Source: an uncultured Acidobacteriota bacterium
Lineage (GTDB): Bacteria; Acidobacteriota; Terriglobia; Terriglobales; Acidobacteriaceae
Length of the DNA: 64,000 nt
Assembly: GCA_963840575.1 (NCBI GenBank)
Contig: CAWIZP010000010.1
Location: 137,485-201,484 of the forward strand
Direction: 5' to 3'
Below, in pieces: positions 1 to 8,431 of the stretch (its first letter is position 1; each line of letters begins with the position of its first letter). A model generated the notes under the pieces. That model saw only the letters and a program-made list of their open reading frames with translations. It was not told where the DNA came from and searched no databases. The position numbers and the translations under genes were made by a program.

Positions 1-1002
1 TTATTGGGATGCTGGGGATCGTTCCAAAATCCCAAAGTTTGCGACTACAAGTACGAAACCATGACGGAATGGGGCCGGGCCATGTATGTTACTCCGGGCG
101 TCGTGGTCGATGGCAAGCTCGTCACCACGGATCTCGTCGACATCAATCTCAACATGCGGATTTTGCTCGGTAGTTCCTACTACGATGACTGGAAGAACTC
201 CGAGACCTTTGTGAAGACGGATCCGCTGGGAAATCCAGTCGACAAGAATCACCCATGGAATCAGACCACGATACCTCGTCCGCAAAAGCGCGATTTCGGC
301 GGCAAGTACACTTGGGTCATGTCGCCGCGTTGGCTGGACAAACGGACGGGCGATCATCTCGCCCTCGACACCGGCGGGGGCCCGATTGCCCGGCTCTGGG
401 CAACAGCTCTCGCGGGCATCGTTGACATCGGCTACATCAAGGCCACGGGCCACAGCGTGAAGATGTACCTGCCGAAGACGGCATCCAAGCCCGAGGTTGA
501 ATTCGAATGGAAGATTCCGAAGTGGAGCAACGCCATCGAGCGCGACCGGGCGCGAACCTATTTCCAAGCCTACGCCGCTTCTGCCGCCCTCTACTTCGCC
601 GAGAAAGCACTGGCGGAATTGCACGCCGGGCGGACCAGAACCTGGACGGACTTCAAGGTTCCCGAAGAGGCCATCGGTTGCGGGTTCCACGAAGCAGTTC
701 GGGGTGTGCTCTCCCACCACGTGGTGATTCGCAAGGGCAAAATCGCAAACTACCATCCTTATCCTCCAACGCCTTGGAATGCCAATCCACGGGATATTTA
801 TGGCACTCCGGGACCGTACGAAGACGCAGTGCAGAATACGCCGATCTTTGAAGAGAACGGTCCGGAGAAATTCAAGGGCATCGACATCATGCGAGCCGTG
901 CGCAGCTTCGATCCTTGTTTACCGTGCGGCGTCCACATGTATCTGGGTAACGGCAAGGTGCTGGAGACGCGTCATTCTCCGATGTTTGGCCTTCAGCCCT
1001 GA
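1..1002 (+). CDS. hhyL: [NiFe]-hydrogenase large subunit, C-terminal ~333 codons (5' end upstream of window); probably high-affinity group 1h/5 (Hhy-type)
   Basis: Frame 1 is open from base 1. C-terminal Ni-Fe ligand motif SFDPCLPCGVH is followed by a 21-aa tail (MYLGNGKVLETRHSPMFGLQP) of the kind removed by the maturation protease. A hyp island follows. Confidence 0.9.
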   Translation, partial: LLGCWGSFQNPKVCDYKYETMTEWGRAMYVTPGVVVDGKLVTTDLVDINLNMRILLGSSYYDDWKNSETFVKTDPLGNPVDKNHPWNQTTIPRPQKRDFGGKYTWVMSPRWLDKRTGDHLALDTGGGPIARLWATALAGIVDIGYIKATGHSVKMYLPKTASKPEVEFEWKIPKWSNAIERDRARTYFQAYAASAALYFAEKALAELHAGRTRTWTDFKVPEEAIGCGFHEAVRGVLSHHVVIRKGKIANYHPYPPTPWNANPRDIYGTPGPYEDAVQNTPIFEENGPEKFKGIDIMRAVRSFDPCLPCGVHMYLGNGKVLETRHSPMFGLQP

Positions 1003-1020
1003 ATGCATATTGTGTTCACT

Positions 1021-1079
1021 TAGGAGTGAGGGCGGTGGCTTGCGGCGACTCTCACTCCTACTTTTTCGCTGATTTTTTT
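1021..1079 (+). terminator. stem-loop with T-rich tail just after the large-subunit stop (partial terminator or mRNA stabiliser)
   Basis: Perfect 10-bp inverted repeat TAGGAGTGAG (1021-1030) / CTCACTCCTA (1051-1060) with a 20-nt loop, then CTTTTTCGCTGATTTTTTT. Confidence 0.5.
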
Positions 1080-1128
1080 CATAGCCAAACAAGGTAATCA
1101 GCAAGAATCAATCTGGCGAAGGAGACTT

Positions 1129-1719
1129 GTGGCCGACGGCAAAGATCTTCGAGAAGACATGCAGCGGATCGGAGGATTGGTTCAGGAGATCGAATCCATC
1201 GGCGATCCCGCGGTGCGAGCTGCCGCGAAGAATCTGATGCAATTGCTCATGGATTTGCACGGAGCTGCTCTGGAGAAAACCCTCGACATTGTGGCCGACG
1301 CCGGAGAGCCGGGCATGACCATCATCGACCGACTCGGCCGCGATTCGCTGGTGAGCAGCGTCCTGATTTTGTATGGGCTTCATCCTGAGGATCTCGAAAC
1401 CAGAGTCGTAAAGGCGGTAGATCGCGTGAGGCCGCAACTGCGCAAACAAGGTTGTGAACTGGAGTTGCTCGCCGTGACTGATGGAGCCATTCGACTGCGG
1501 GTTGAAACTGGTTTTCATACCTGCGGTTCAACCGCCAAAACTGTCCAGGCTACGCTGGAAGGCGCGATGTACGACGCGGCGCCCGATCTGACTTCCCTGA
1601 CGATCGAAGGTTTTGAAGATAAGCCTTCATCCGGATTTGTGGCTTTAGACAAATTAATGGGAAACGCCGGACAATTCATCTCCTCGCCAGTTGCGTTAGA
1701 GCCGCAAGGCGGCGACTAG
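1129..1719 (+). CDS. NifU/Nfu C-terminal-domain-like hydrogenase accessory protein
   Basis: GTG start 5 nt after AAGGAG. The segment VRPQLRKQGCELELLAVTDGAIRLRVETGFHTCGSTAKTVQATLE resembles the Nfu domain, but the CxxC reads HTCGST. Located directly after hhyL. Confidence 0.65.
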   Translation: MADGKDLREDMQRIGGLVQEIESIGDPAVRAAAKNLMQLLMDLHGAALEKTLDIVADAGEPGMTIIDRLGRDSLVSSVLILYGLHPEDLETRVVKAVDRVRPQLRKQGCELELLAVTDGAIRLRVETGFHTCGSTAKTVQATLEGAMYDAAPDLTSLTIEGFEDKPSSGFVALDKLMGNAGQFISSPVALEPQGGD

Positions 1720-1749
1720 GAACGATCGAACACTTTGGGATTCTGAATT

Positions 1750-2424
1750 ATGAGTGCCGGGCAATTTACGGGATCTACCGATGGATTCGGAGCGCTTCGC
1801 CAGTTCGCACGGCGCGAGCGGCAGCTCGAACGTTGCGAGTTGTGCAGTCTGGGTCTGCGGTCTGATCACCCGCATTTGCTCGAATTGGCGCAGCGCAAGC
1901 TCATATGCACCTGTGAACCTTGTGCGATTCTATTCAGCGGCCAGGGCGTGAAGTTCAAGCGAGTGCCTCGGCGAGTTTTATCTCTTCCCCGCTTCAACCT
2001 CAGCGATGCAGAGTGGAACGGTCTGATGGTCCCAATCAACATGGCTTTCTTTTTCAGGAACAGCCTCGAGGAACGTACGGTTGCGATGTATCCCAGCCCC
2101 GCTGGCGCGACCGAATCCCTGTTGGATATGGAGTCCTGGAATGATATCGCCCAGCGCAACTTGGTGCTAAGCACAATGGAATCGGATGTAGAAGCGTTGT
2201 TGGTCAACCGTCTCGGATACTCCCGCGGATATTCCGCGCCGGAGTACTATCTGCTGCCGATCGATGAATGTTACAAACTCGTCGGGCTGATTCGGATGCA
2301 TTGGAAAGGCCTCTCCGGAGGAACGGAAGTGTGGCGGGAATTGGGCGAGTTCTTTACCGGCTTGAAAGCGAAATCAGTGGAGATCAAAGAGGAAGCCAGC
2401 GCTCGAGAGAAATCTGATGCCTGA
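1750..2424 (+). CDS. hydrogenase-cluster conserved protein of unknown function (Cys-rich N-terminus; DUF5947-like from memory, unverified)
   Basis: 224-aa ORF with CELCSL...CTCEPC cysteine pairs. Its 3' end overlaps the next gene by 8 nt (ATGCCTGA at 2417-2424). Confidence 0.6.
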   Translation: MSAGQFTGSTDGFGALRQFARRERQLERCELCSLGLRSDHPHLLELAQRKLICTCEPCAILFSGQGVKFKRVPRRVLSLPRFNLSDAEWNGLMVPINMAFFFRNSLEERTVAMYPSPAGATESLLDMESWNDIAQRNLVLSTMESDVEALLVNRLGYSRGYSAPEYYLLPIDECYKLVGLIRMHWKGLSGGTEVWRELGEFFTGLKAKSVEIKEEASAREKSDA

Positions 2425-3079
2425 TTTGAGCTTCCAGGTCGAGGCAGTCGAGGTAGTGGCCAATGCAGCCTCTCCGCTGCTGGCCTTCAAACTGCGCCTG
2501 ACTGACGCCAACACTCAGCAGATCATTCATACTGTGGCACTCCGCTGCCAGCTCCAGTTGGAAGTAACGCGCCGTAAATACACACTCCAAGACCAGGAAC
2601 GGTTGCTCGATCTGTTTGGCGAGCCCAGCCGCTGGGGCCAAACTTTGCGCAGTCTTTTGTGGGCCCATGCCAATCTCGTAGTTCCTTCATTCACCGGGAC
2701 GACTGTAGTCGATCTTCCCGTTCCCTGCACCTTCGACTTCAACGTGGCTGCTACGAAATACTTCGATGGTCTGACTGATGGTGATGTCCCCATCTGCCTG
2801 CAATTCAGCGGAACAGTTTTCTACGCGAACCCGGACACGCACCTGCAGGTTGCTCCGATTTCCTGGGACAAGGAAGCGCGCTTCAAACTTCCGGTAAAAG
2901 TTTGGCGCGACATGATGGAGTCGTACTATCCCAACAGCGCATGGCTCTGCCTGCACAAGGACACTTTTAACCGCTTATATCAGTACAAACTTCGGCACGG
3001 CATTCCCACGTGGGAAGAAGTGATCGAGCGCGTCGTGCCGGTGCAAGTTGATCCAGTCGAGGAGACGGTGACGCAATGA
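2417..3079 (+). CDS. hydrogenase-cluster conserved protein of unknown function (DUF6084-like from memory, unverified)
   Basis: 220-aa ORF, coupled to the upstream gene (ATGCCTGA) and to the downstream gene (ATGA at 3076-3079). Confidence 0.6.
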   Translation: MPDLSFQVEAVEVVANAASPLLAFKLRLTDANTQQIIHTVALRCQLQLEVTRRKYTLQDQERLLDLFGEPSRWGQTLRSLLWAHANLVVPSFTGTTVVDLPVPCTFDFNVAATKYFDGLTDGDVPICLQFSGTVFYANPDTHLQVAPISWDKEARFKLPVKVWRDMMESYYPNSAWLCLHKDTFNRLYQYKLRHGIPTWEEVIERVVPVQVDPVEETVTQ

Positions 3080-4140
3080 ATCTTGCGACCGTGGAGAAGA
3101 TCGCGAAAGCCGTGTTGTACGAGGGATATATGCTTTATCCCTACCGACCTTCGTCGGTGAAGAATCAGCAGCGCTGGAATTTCGGCGTACTCTGCCCGCG
3201 ATCCTACAGCGAGATGCAAAACGGTAGCGAAGCTTGGACGATGCAGACCGAGTGTCTGCTTGAGGCCAACTCGCTGACCGGGATTGAAGTCCGGGTCCGA
3301 TTTCTGCAACTGGTGGCGCGAACTATCGGCGAATTAAAGACGCCAGTAGCCGAACTGTTACAGGGTGAAACACCAGACTTTCAACGAGTAGAGAAGCTCT
3401 CGGTGAATGGTCGCGCCTACGAGCCGTGGCAGGAAGCAGTCGAGCGGGAAGTCGTGCTGCCAGTTTTGAATATTGAAGCGCTGCGCCATACCGGGTTAAA
3501 GCGACCCTTTATTTTTCTTGAGGGAAAAGAGTTTGAGCCCCTGCGCGAGTCCGGCGGAGGGATTGTGGGCGTTCTTGTTCGGGAACGAAACAACCTCCAG
3601 GGTGAAGTGGAGCTTACCGCGACCCGGCTCGACGATGGCATCTTCAAAATAGGCGTGCACATTCGGAACACAACTCCTTTTGAAGTCTCGGATAATACCG
3701 GTCGCGAAAGTGCGTTGTTGAACGCCCTCGTATCGACCCATACTATCCTCGGCGTTCAGGATGGCCGCTTCGTTTCTTCACTGGCTCCCGCTGATGAAAT
3801 GAAAGAATTTGTTGGAAGCTGCAAGAATGTTGGAACGTGGCCGGTTCTCGTTGGCGAAGAAGGCGATCGCGATACGTTGCTCTCTTCGCCGATCATCCTC
3901 TACGACTATCCGCAAATCGCTCCCGAGAGCGCTGGTGACCTCTTCGACGGCACCGAAATTGACGAGATTCTCTCCTTGCGAATCATGACGCTCACGGATG
4001 AAGAAAAACGCGAGATGAGCCAGTCGGACGAGCGCGCCCGTCAGATGTTGGAGCGCACTGAGGCTATGCCGGTCGAACATCTCATGAAGTTGCACGGAGT
4101 CTTGCGAGGGCTGCGTCCCCTGAGGGAGGAGATCCGATGA
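3076..4140 (+). CDS. hydrogenase-cluster conserved hypothetical protein
   Basis: 354-aa ORF with ATGA overlaps at both ends (3076 and 4137). No catalytic motif recognised. Confidence 0.6.
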   Translation: MNLATVEKIAKAVLYEGYMLYPYRPSSVKNQQRWNFGVLCPRSYSEMQNGSEAWTMQTECLLEANSLTGIEVRVRFLQLVARTIGELKTPVAELLQGETPDFQRVEKLSVNGRAYEPWQEAVEREVVLPVLNIEALRHTGLKRPFIFLEGKEFEPLRESGGGIVGVLVRERNNLQGEVELTATRLDDGIFKIGVHIRNTTPFEVSDNTGRESALLNALVSTHTILGVQDGRFVSSLAPADEMKEFVGSCKNVGTWPVLVGEEGDRDTLLSSPIILYDYPQIAPESAGDLFDGTEIDEILSLRIMTLTDEEKREMSQSDERARQMLERTEAMPVEHLMKLHGVLRGLRPLREEIR

Positions 4141-4988
4141 ACGAATGGGAATGGCAACTGGTCGAAGAAAAAACTCCCGTCGATCATCTGGAAATCTGTG
4201 GAGTCGAAGTGAGAACCGGAAGCCGGGTGCGCCTGCGCCCCCGTCCGGGAGGCGATGTGATGGACATCGCGCTGGCGGGACAGACCGCAACTATCGAATG
4301 CATTGAACAGGACTATGAAGGCAAGCAGCACGTTTGCGTGGTCCTGGATAACGATCCCGGAAAAGATCTTGGTCTTCTGCGCCAGCCAGGCCACCGCTTC
4401 TTCTTCGACGCCGAGGAAGTCGAGCCGCTATCTGGCGCCGAGATTGCAGAAATCTCAGCCCTGCCAAAGAAGACCATCCTCGTAGCTGGCATCGGCAACA
4501 TTTTTCTCGGCGATGATGCGTTTGGTGTGGAAGTGGTGCGCCGTTTAGCCGAACGAAAATTGCCGGATGCCGTGCGTGTGGCCGATTTTGGCATCCGCGG
4601 CTTCGATCTAGCTTATGCCCTGCAGGATGGCTACGAAACTACAATCCTGGTGGATGCATGTCCGCATGGCGAAGCACCGGGAACTCTTTATGTGATCGAA
4701 CCCGATTTGAAATCATTGGATAGTCCGGAAGCTCCGCCTGCCGTCATAGAAGCTCATGCGATGAATCCCGAAAGCGTGCTGCGCATGGCGCACGCGATGA
4801 ATATTGAAGTTAAGAATGTACTGCTCGTCGGTTGCGAACCGGAAACGCTTGGCGGTGAAGAGGGTCGGATGGGACTTAGCTCGCCGGTTCAGACGGCGGT
4901 GGCAGAAGCTGTGAAGCTGGTAGAGTCATTGATCCAAAAAGTGATGGGCAAGAGCGCGCCCGATTCAACTCCACATTCAACCCAGTGA
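4137..4988 (+). CDS. hydrogenase maturation endopeptidase (HupD/HyaD family) with ~110-aa N-terminal extension
   Basis: Core motif KKTILVAGIGNIFLGDDAFGVEVVRRL, then FGIRGFDLAYAL and VDAC. Preceded in the same ORF by an unrelated ~110-aa segment. Confidence 0.85.
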   Translation: MNEWEWQLVEEKTPVDHLEICGVEVRTGSRVRLRPRPGGDVMDIALAGQTATIECIEQDYEGKQHVCVVLDNDPGKDLGLLRQPGHRFFFDAEEVEPLSGAEIAEISALPKKTILVAGIGNIFLGDDAFGVEVVRRLAERKLPDAVRVADFGIRGFDLAYALQDGYETTILVDACPHGEAPGTLYVIEPDLKSLDSPEAPPAVIEAHAMNPESVLRMAHAMNIEVKNVLLVGCEPETLGGEEGRMGLSSPVQTAVAEAVKLVESLIQKVMGKSAPDSTPHSTQ

Positions 4989-5024
4989 ATATCTTGCGTT
5001 AGTTGCGTTAATAAGGAGACTGCC

Positions 5025-5228
5025 GTGGCAATCGAAAAGAATGGTAACGGACTTAGTGATAGGGACACGCTATTCATGTTGAGCGGCGTGGCGCTAATAG
5101 TGTTCGGGGCGGGATTAATTCTTTCCAATCCAATCGCGAAACGATATCTCAGCCAGATCGGGATCGGCGATTTGGCTCAGGCTGCATTGCCGGACTTAGA
5201 TCGCTATTTGAAACTGCGGGCGATGTAA
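5025..5228 (+). CDS. small membrane protein (67 aa) ending AALPDLDRYLKLRAM
   Basis: GTG start 7 nt after AAGGAG. One hydrophobic helix (LFMLSGVALIVFGAGLILS). The stop lies 2 nt before the next ATG. Confidence 0.6.
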   Translation: MAIEKNGNGLSDRDTLFMLSGVALIVFGAGLILSNPIAKRYLSQIGIGDLAQAALPDLDRYLKLRAM

Positions 5229-5230
5229 CG

Positions 5231-5851
5231 ATGAGCCCGCCCGTGCACATGGCAGAGAGTCAGGGGGATGGCTTGTCCACAGTAGGAATGCCGCACACGA
5301 CAGTTCGCTACATAATCGATGGCAAGAACAGCAGGTTCACAGTGCAGGCATTCGCTACGGGGCTGCTTTCGACATTCGCTCATAACCCGACCATTGCGAT
5401 TCGTGATTTCGAAGGCGAGATCTGTTTCAGTCCCGAGGCTGTGGAGCACAGTTGGTTGCACTTGATGATCCATTCGGCTTCGCTTACCGTCACCGACGAC
5501 GTTCGCGAGAAGGATCGGGCCGAGATCAATCGCGCGATGCAAGAACAAGTTCTGGAATCAGATTCGTTCCCCGAGATTCTTTACGAATCCTCCGGCCTGT
5601 CTGCGAATAAGATCGGAGAAGGACAATACTGGGGAACGATGAACGGCGAACTCGCGCTGCACGGAGTTACACGGAGTCAGCCAGTCTCCGTGCGCATCGC
5701 AGCCAACGAAGACGTACTCCGCGCAACGGGTGATTTTTCGGTGCGCCAGAGCGACTATGAAATTCGTCCGGTCACCGCGGTTGGCGGAACGATCAAGCTT
5801 AAGGATGAACTCAAGTTTTCGTTCGATATCTCCGCCCGCAGGCAGACGTGA
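5231..5851 (+). CDS. YceI-like polyisoprenoid-binding family protein
   Basis: SRFTVQAFATGLLSTFAHNP...SDSFPEILYES...GELALHGVTRSQPVSVRI...DYEIRP matches the YceI domain pattern. The true start may be an internal Met. Confidence 0.8.
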   Translation: MSPPVHMAESQGDGLSTVGMPHTTVRYIIDGKNSRFTVQAFATGLLSTFAHNPTIAIRDFEGEICFSPEAVEHSWLHLMIHSASLTVTDDVREKDRAEINRAMQEQVLESDSFPEILYESSGLSANKIGEGQYWGTMNGELALHGVTRSQPVSVRIAANEDVLRATGDFSVRQSDYEIRPVTAVGGTIKLKDELKFSFDISARRQT

Positions 5852-5916
5852 ACCGGCCGTACAGTTTTTTGAAGATGGATGACAGAGCAAATCATGACGT
5901 TGCCGAGGGATGCCAC

Positions 5917-6237
5917 ATGTGTCTAGCCATACCAGGGAAGATTGTTGAGATTTCCCATGAGAATAGGGATTCCGCGCTTGTCGAAGTAATCGGCGTGCGC
6001 CGCCGAATTGACCTCGGCCTGCTACACGACGATAAGCCAGTGGAAGGTGATTGGGTGCTGGTTCACGTCGGTTTCGCCATGAGTAAGATCAGCGAACAGG
6101 ATGCCAATGACCAGATGAACACTCTCAGAATGCTGGGAGAGATTGACGGAGCAATGCAGGAAGTCAAAGGATACGGATTGGAAGATGATGTCGAAATTGC
6201 TGGTTCCGATTCTAAGTACAAGGAACCGATCCAATGA
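5917..6237 (+). CDS. hypC: hydrogenase assembly chaperone HypC/HupF
   Basis: Canonical N-terminus MCLAIPGKIVEI at the ATG at 5917 (the track ORF begins upstream at 5848). ATGA overlap with hypD. Confidence 0.9.
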   Translation: MCLAIPGKIVEISHENRDSALVEVIGVRRRIDLGLLHDDKPVEGDWVLVHVGFAMSKISEQDANDQMNTLRMLGEIDGAMQEVKGYGLEDDVEIAGSDSKYKEPIQ

Positions 6238-7361
6238 GATTTGTCGATGAGTTCCGGCAACCCGAGCTGATTTCGAAAACCGCGGAGGAAATTCGTCGCC
6301 TGGCTCGCACTGGACGGCATTACCGCATGATGGAAGTCTGCGGTGGACATACTCACGCTATCTATCGTTTCGGACTGAAAGATATCCTTCCCGAAAATAT
6401 CGAATTGATTCACGGACCCGGTTGCCCTGTATGCGTGCTTCCGATGGGAAGAATCGACGACGGCCTCGCCATCGCCCACGAGCCGGATGTTATCTTCGCC
6501 GCCTTTGGCGATATGATGCGTGTTCCGGGTACTCAAGGCAGTCCGCTCGAGCACAAGGCGCGAGGCATGGACGTTCGCATCGTATATTCACCCTCCGATG
6601 CGTTAAAGTTGGCCCGGCTTAATCCCGAGAAGCACGTGTTGTTTTTCGCCATCGGATTCGAAACCACCGCGCCCTCCACGGCGCTCACGATGATGCGCGC
6701 CAAGGCCGAACACATCCGCAACTTCTCGGTCTTCTGCAACCACGTCACAATCATTCCCGCGATCCGCGCGATTCTGGATTCTCCCGACATGCGACTGGAC
6801 GCCTTTATCGGCCCCGGCCACGTTTCCACCGTCATCGGTTGCCGGCCTTATGAATGGATCGCGCAAAACGAACGCAAACCGATCGTCGTTTCCGGTTTCG
6901 AGCCCCTGGATATGCTGCAATCCATTGTTATGTTGTTGCGCCAGTTGAAAGCCGGTGAGGCCAAGGTTGAAAATCAATACAAGCGCGTTGTTCCCTGGGA
7001 GGGCAACCGGGCTGCGCTTCGCGCCATGGCTGAGGTTTTTGAGTTGCGCCCGTACTTCGAGTGGCGCGGTCTGGGCTTCATCTCCCAATCGGCACTTCGC
7101 ATCAACAACCAGTATGCCGAGTTCGATGCCGAACAGCGCTTCCAAGTGCCTGGCATTCGAGTGACCGATCCTAAAGCCGCGCAATGCGGAGAGGTGTTGA
7201 AGGGCGTGCTGAAACCGCATCAATGTAAACTTTTTGGACGCGAGTGCACGCCCGAGCATCCTATTGGCGCACTCATGGTATCGACGGAAGGATCATGCGC
7301 CGCGTATCACAGCTACGAGCACCGCAAGGCAGCAATGGTAAGTCTGAGCTCGATCGCCTGA
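6234..7361 (+). CDS. hypD: hydrogenase formation protein HypD
   Basis: MRFVDEFR N-terminus, with GPGCPVCV, GFETTAP and GPGHVS motifs. Confidence 0.95.
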   Translation: MRFVDEFRQPELISKTAEEIRRLARTGRHYRMMEVCGGHTHAIYRFGLKDILPENIELIHGPGCPVCVLPMGRIDDGLAIAHEPDVIFAAFGDMMRVPGTQGSPLEHKARGMDVRIVYSPSDALKLARLNPEKHVLFFAIGFETTAPSTALTMMRAKAEHIRNFSVFCNHVTIIPAIRAILDSPDMRLDAFIGPGHVSTVIGCRPYEWIAQNERKPIVVSGFEPLDMLQSIVMLLRQLKAGEAKVENQYKRVVPWEGNRAALRAMAEVFELRPYFEWRGLGFISQSALRINNQYAEFDAEQRFQVPGIRVTDPKAAQCGEVLKGVLKPHQCKLFGRECTPEHPIGALMVSTEGSCAAYHSYEHRKAAMVSLSSIA

Positions 7362-8416
7362 GCGCTCCGGCTGCCACGCTTGCCGCTTCGGCACCCGTCC
7401 GCTTCCGCGATCTGCAAATCGAGATGGCTCACGGAGCCGGAGGCAAAGCCAGCCGCAAGTTAGTCGAAGGCCTCTTTGCTCCTCTTCTTTTTGGTGCCGC
7501 ACCCGGCCCACTGAGCGACGCCGCGCACGTCGATATCAACGGAACCATCGTGGCAATCACTACTGATAGTTTTGTAGTTAAGCCTTTGAGTTTTCCGGGC
7601 GGGTCAATCGGCGAGCTTGCGGTGAACGGGACCGTGAATGACCTGGCGGTCTCGGGAGCAAAAGCGGAAGCTCTGGTAGTCACCTTTGTGCTGGAGGCCG
7701 GCTTACCCACTACAACCCTCGAAGCCGAAGTTCGCGCCATGGCGAAGGCGGCGCGGGACGCGGATGTCCGCATCGCCGCTGGCGATACCAAAGTGGTCGA
7801 ACACGGCAAAGCGGATCAGATGTATGTGACCACCACCGGCATCGGCCGTTTGATTCCTGGCGTGACTATCGATCCGCGCTCGGTGCGTGTTGGCGATAAG
7901 ATTCTGCTCTCGGGTCCCATCGGTGATCATGGCGTCACCATCTTGCTGGCGCGCGGTGAACTCGATCTCGAGGCCGACCTCCGTTCCGATACGCGATCCG
8001 TTTTTCCCTTGGTCGAAGCTCTCGTGAAGGCGGCCGGTCCTGGTATTCGTTGGATGCGCGATCCAACTCGAGGCGGCGCGGCTACGTCTCTCAACGAATT
8101 GGCACGCGACTGCGGGCTCGGAATGGTTCTTTTCGAGGATCAGATTCCGGTGCGAGATACGGTGCGCGGCGCCTGCGAGTTGCTCGGGCTCGATCCACTG
8201 CACATTGCCAATGAGGGACAGTTCCTCGCCATTGTTTCCCCCGAGTACGCCGATGCGGCGATCAATGCATTAAGTTTGGCGCCGGGCGGAAGCGAAGCGC
8301 AGGTGATCGGCGAGGTGCGCGAACAACCGGTCGGCACAGTACTCGTGACAACCCTGTACGGGGGCAGCCGAATCGTAGATATGCTCGTCGGCGACCCCTT
8401 GCCGCGAATTTGTTAG
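7295..8416 (+). CDS. hypE: hydrogenase expression/formation protein HypE (start uncertain: ATG 7295 or 7424)
   Basis: AHGAGGK near the N-terminus, an AIR-synthase-like body, and the C-terminal PRIC motif. Confidence 0.92.
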   Translation: MRRVSQLRAPQGSNGKSELDRLSAPAATLAASAPVRFRDLQIEMAHGAGGKASRKLVEGLFAPLLFGAAPGPLSDAAHVDINGTIVAITTDSFVVKPLSFPGGSIGELAVNGTVNDLAVSGAKAEALVVTFVLEAGLPTTTLEAEVRAMAKAARDADVRIAAGDTKVVEHGKADQMYVTTTGIGRLIPGVTIDPRSVRVGDKILLSGPIGDHGVTILLARGELDLEADLRSDTRSVFPLVEALVKAAGPGIRWMRDPTRGGAATSLNELARDCGLGMVLFEDQIPVRDTVRGACELLGLDPLHIANEGQFLAIVSPEYADAAINALSLAPGGSEAQVIGEVREQPVGTVLVTTLYGGSRIVDMLVGDPLPRIC

Positions 8417-8431
8417 ATCGCGATCTGACGA

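Noticed and set aside
1-756. 251-aa ORF on the minus strand opposite the hydrogenase large subunit
   Set aside because: It is fully antisense to a gene with unambiguous motifs and has an Arg/Gly/Pro-rich composition. This is typical of spurious antisense ORFs in GC-rich DNA.
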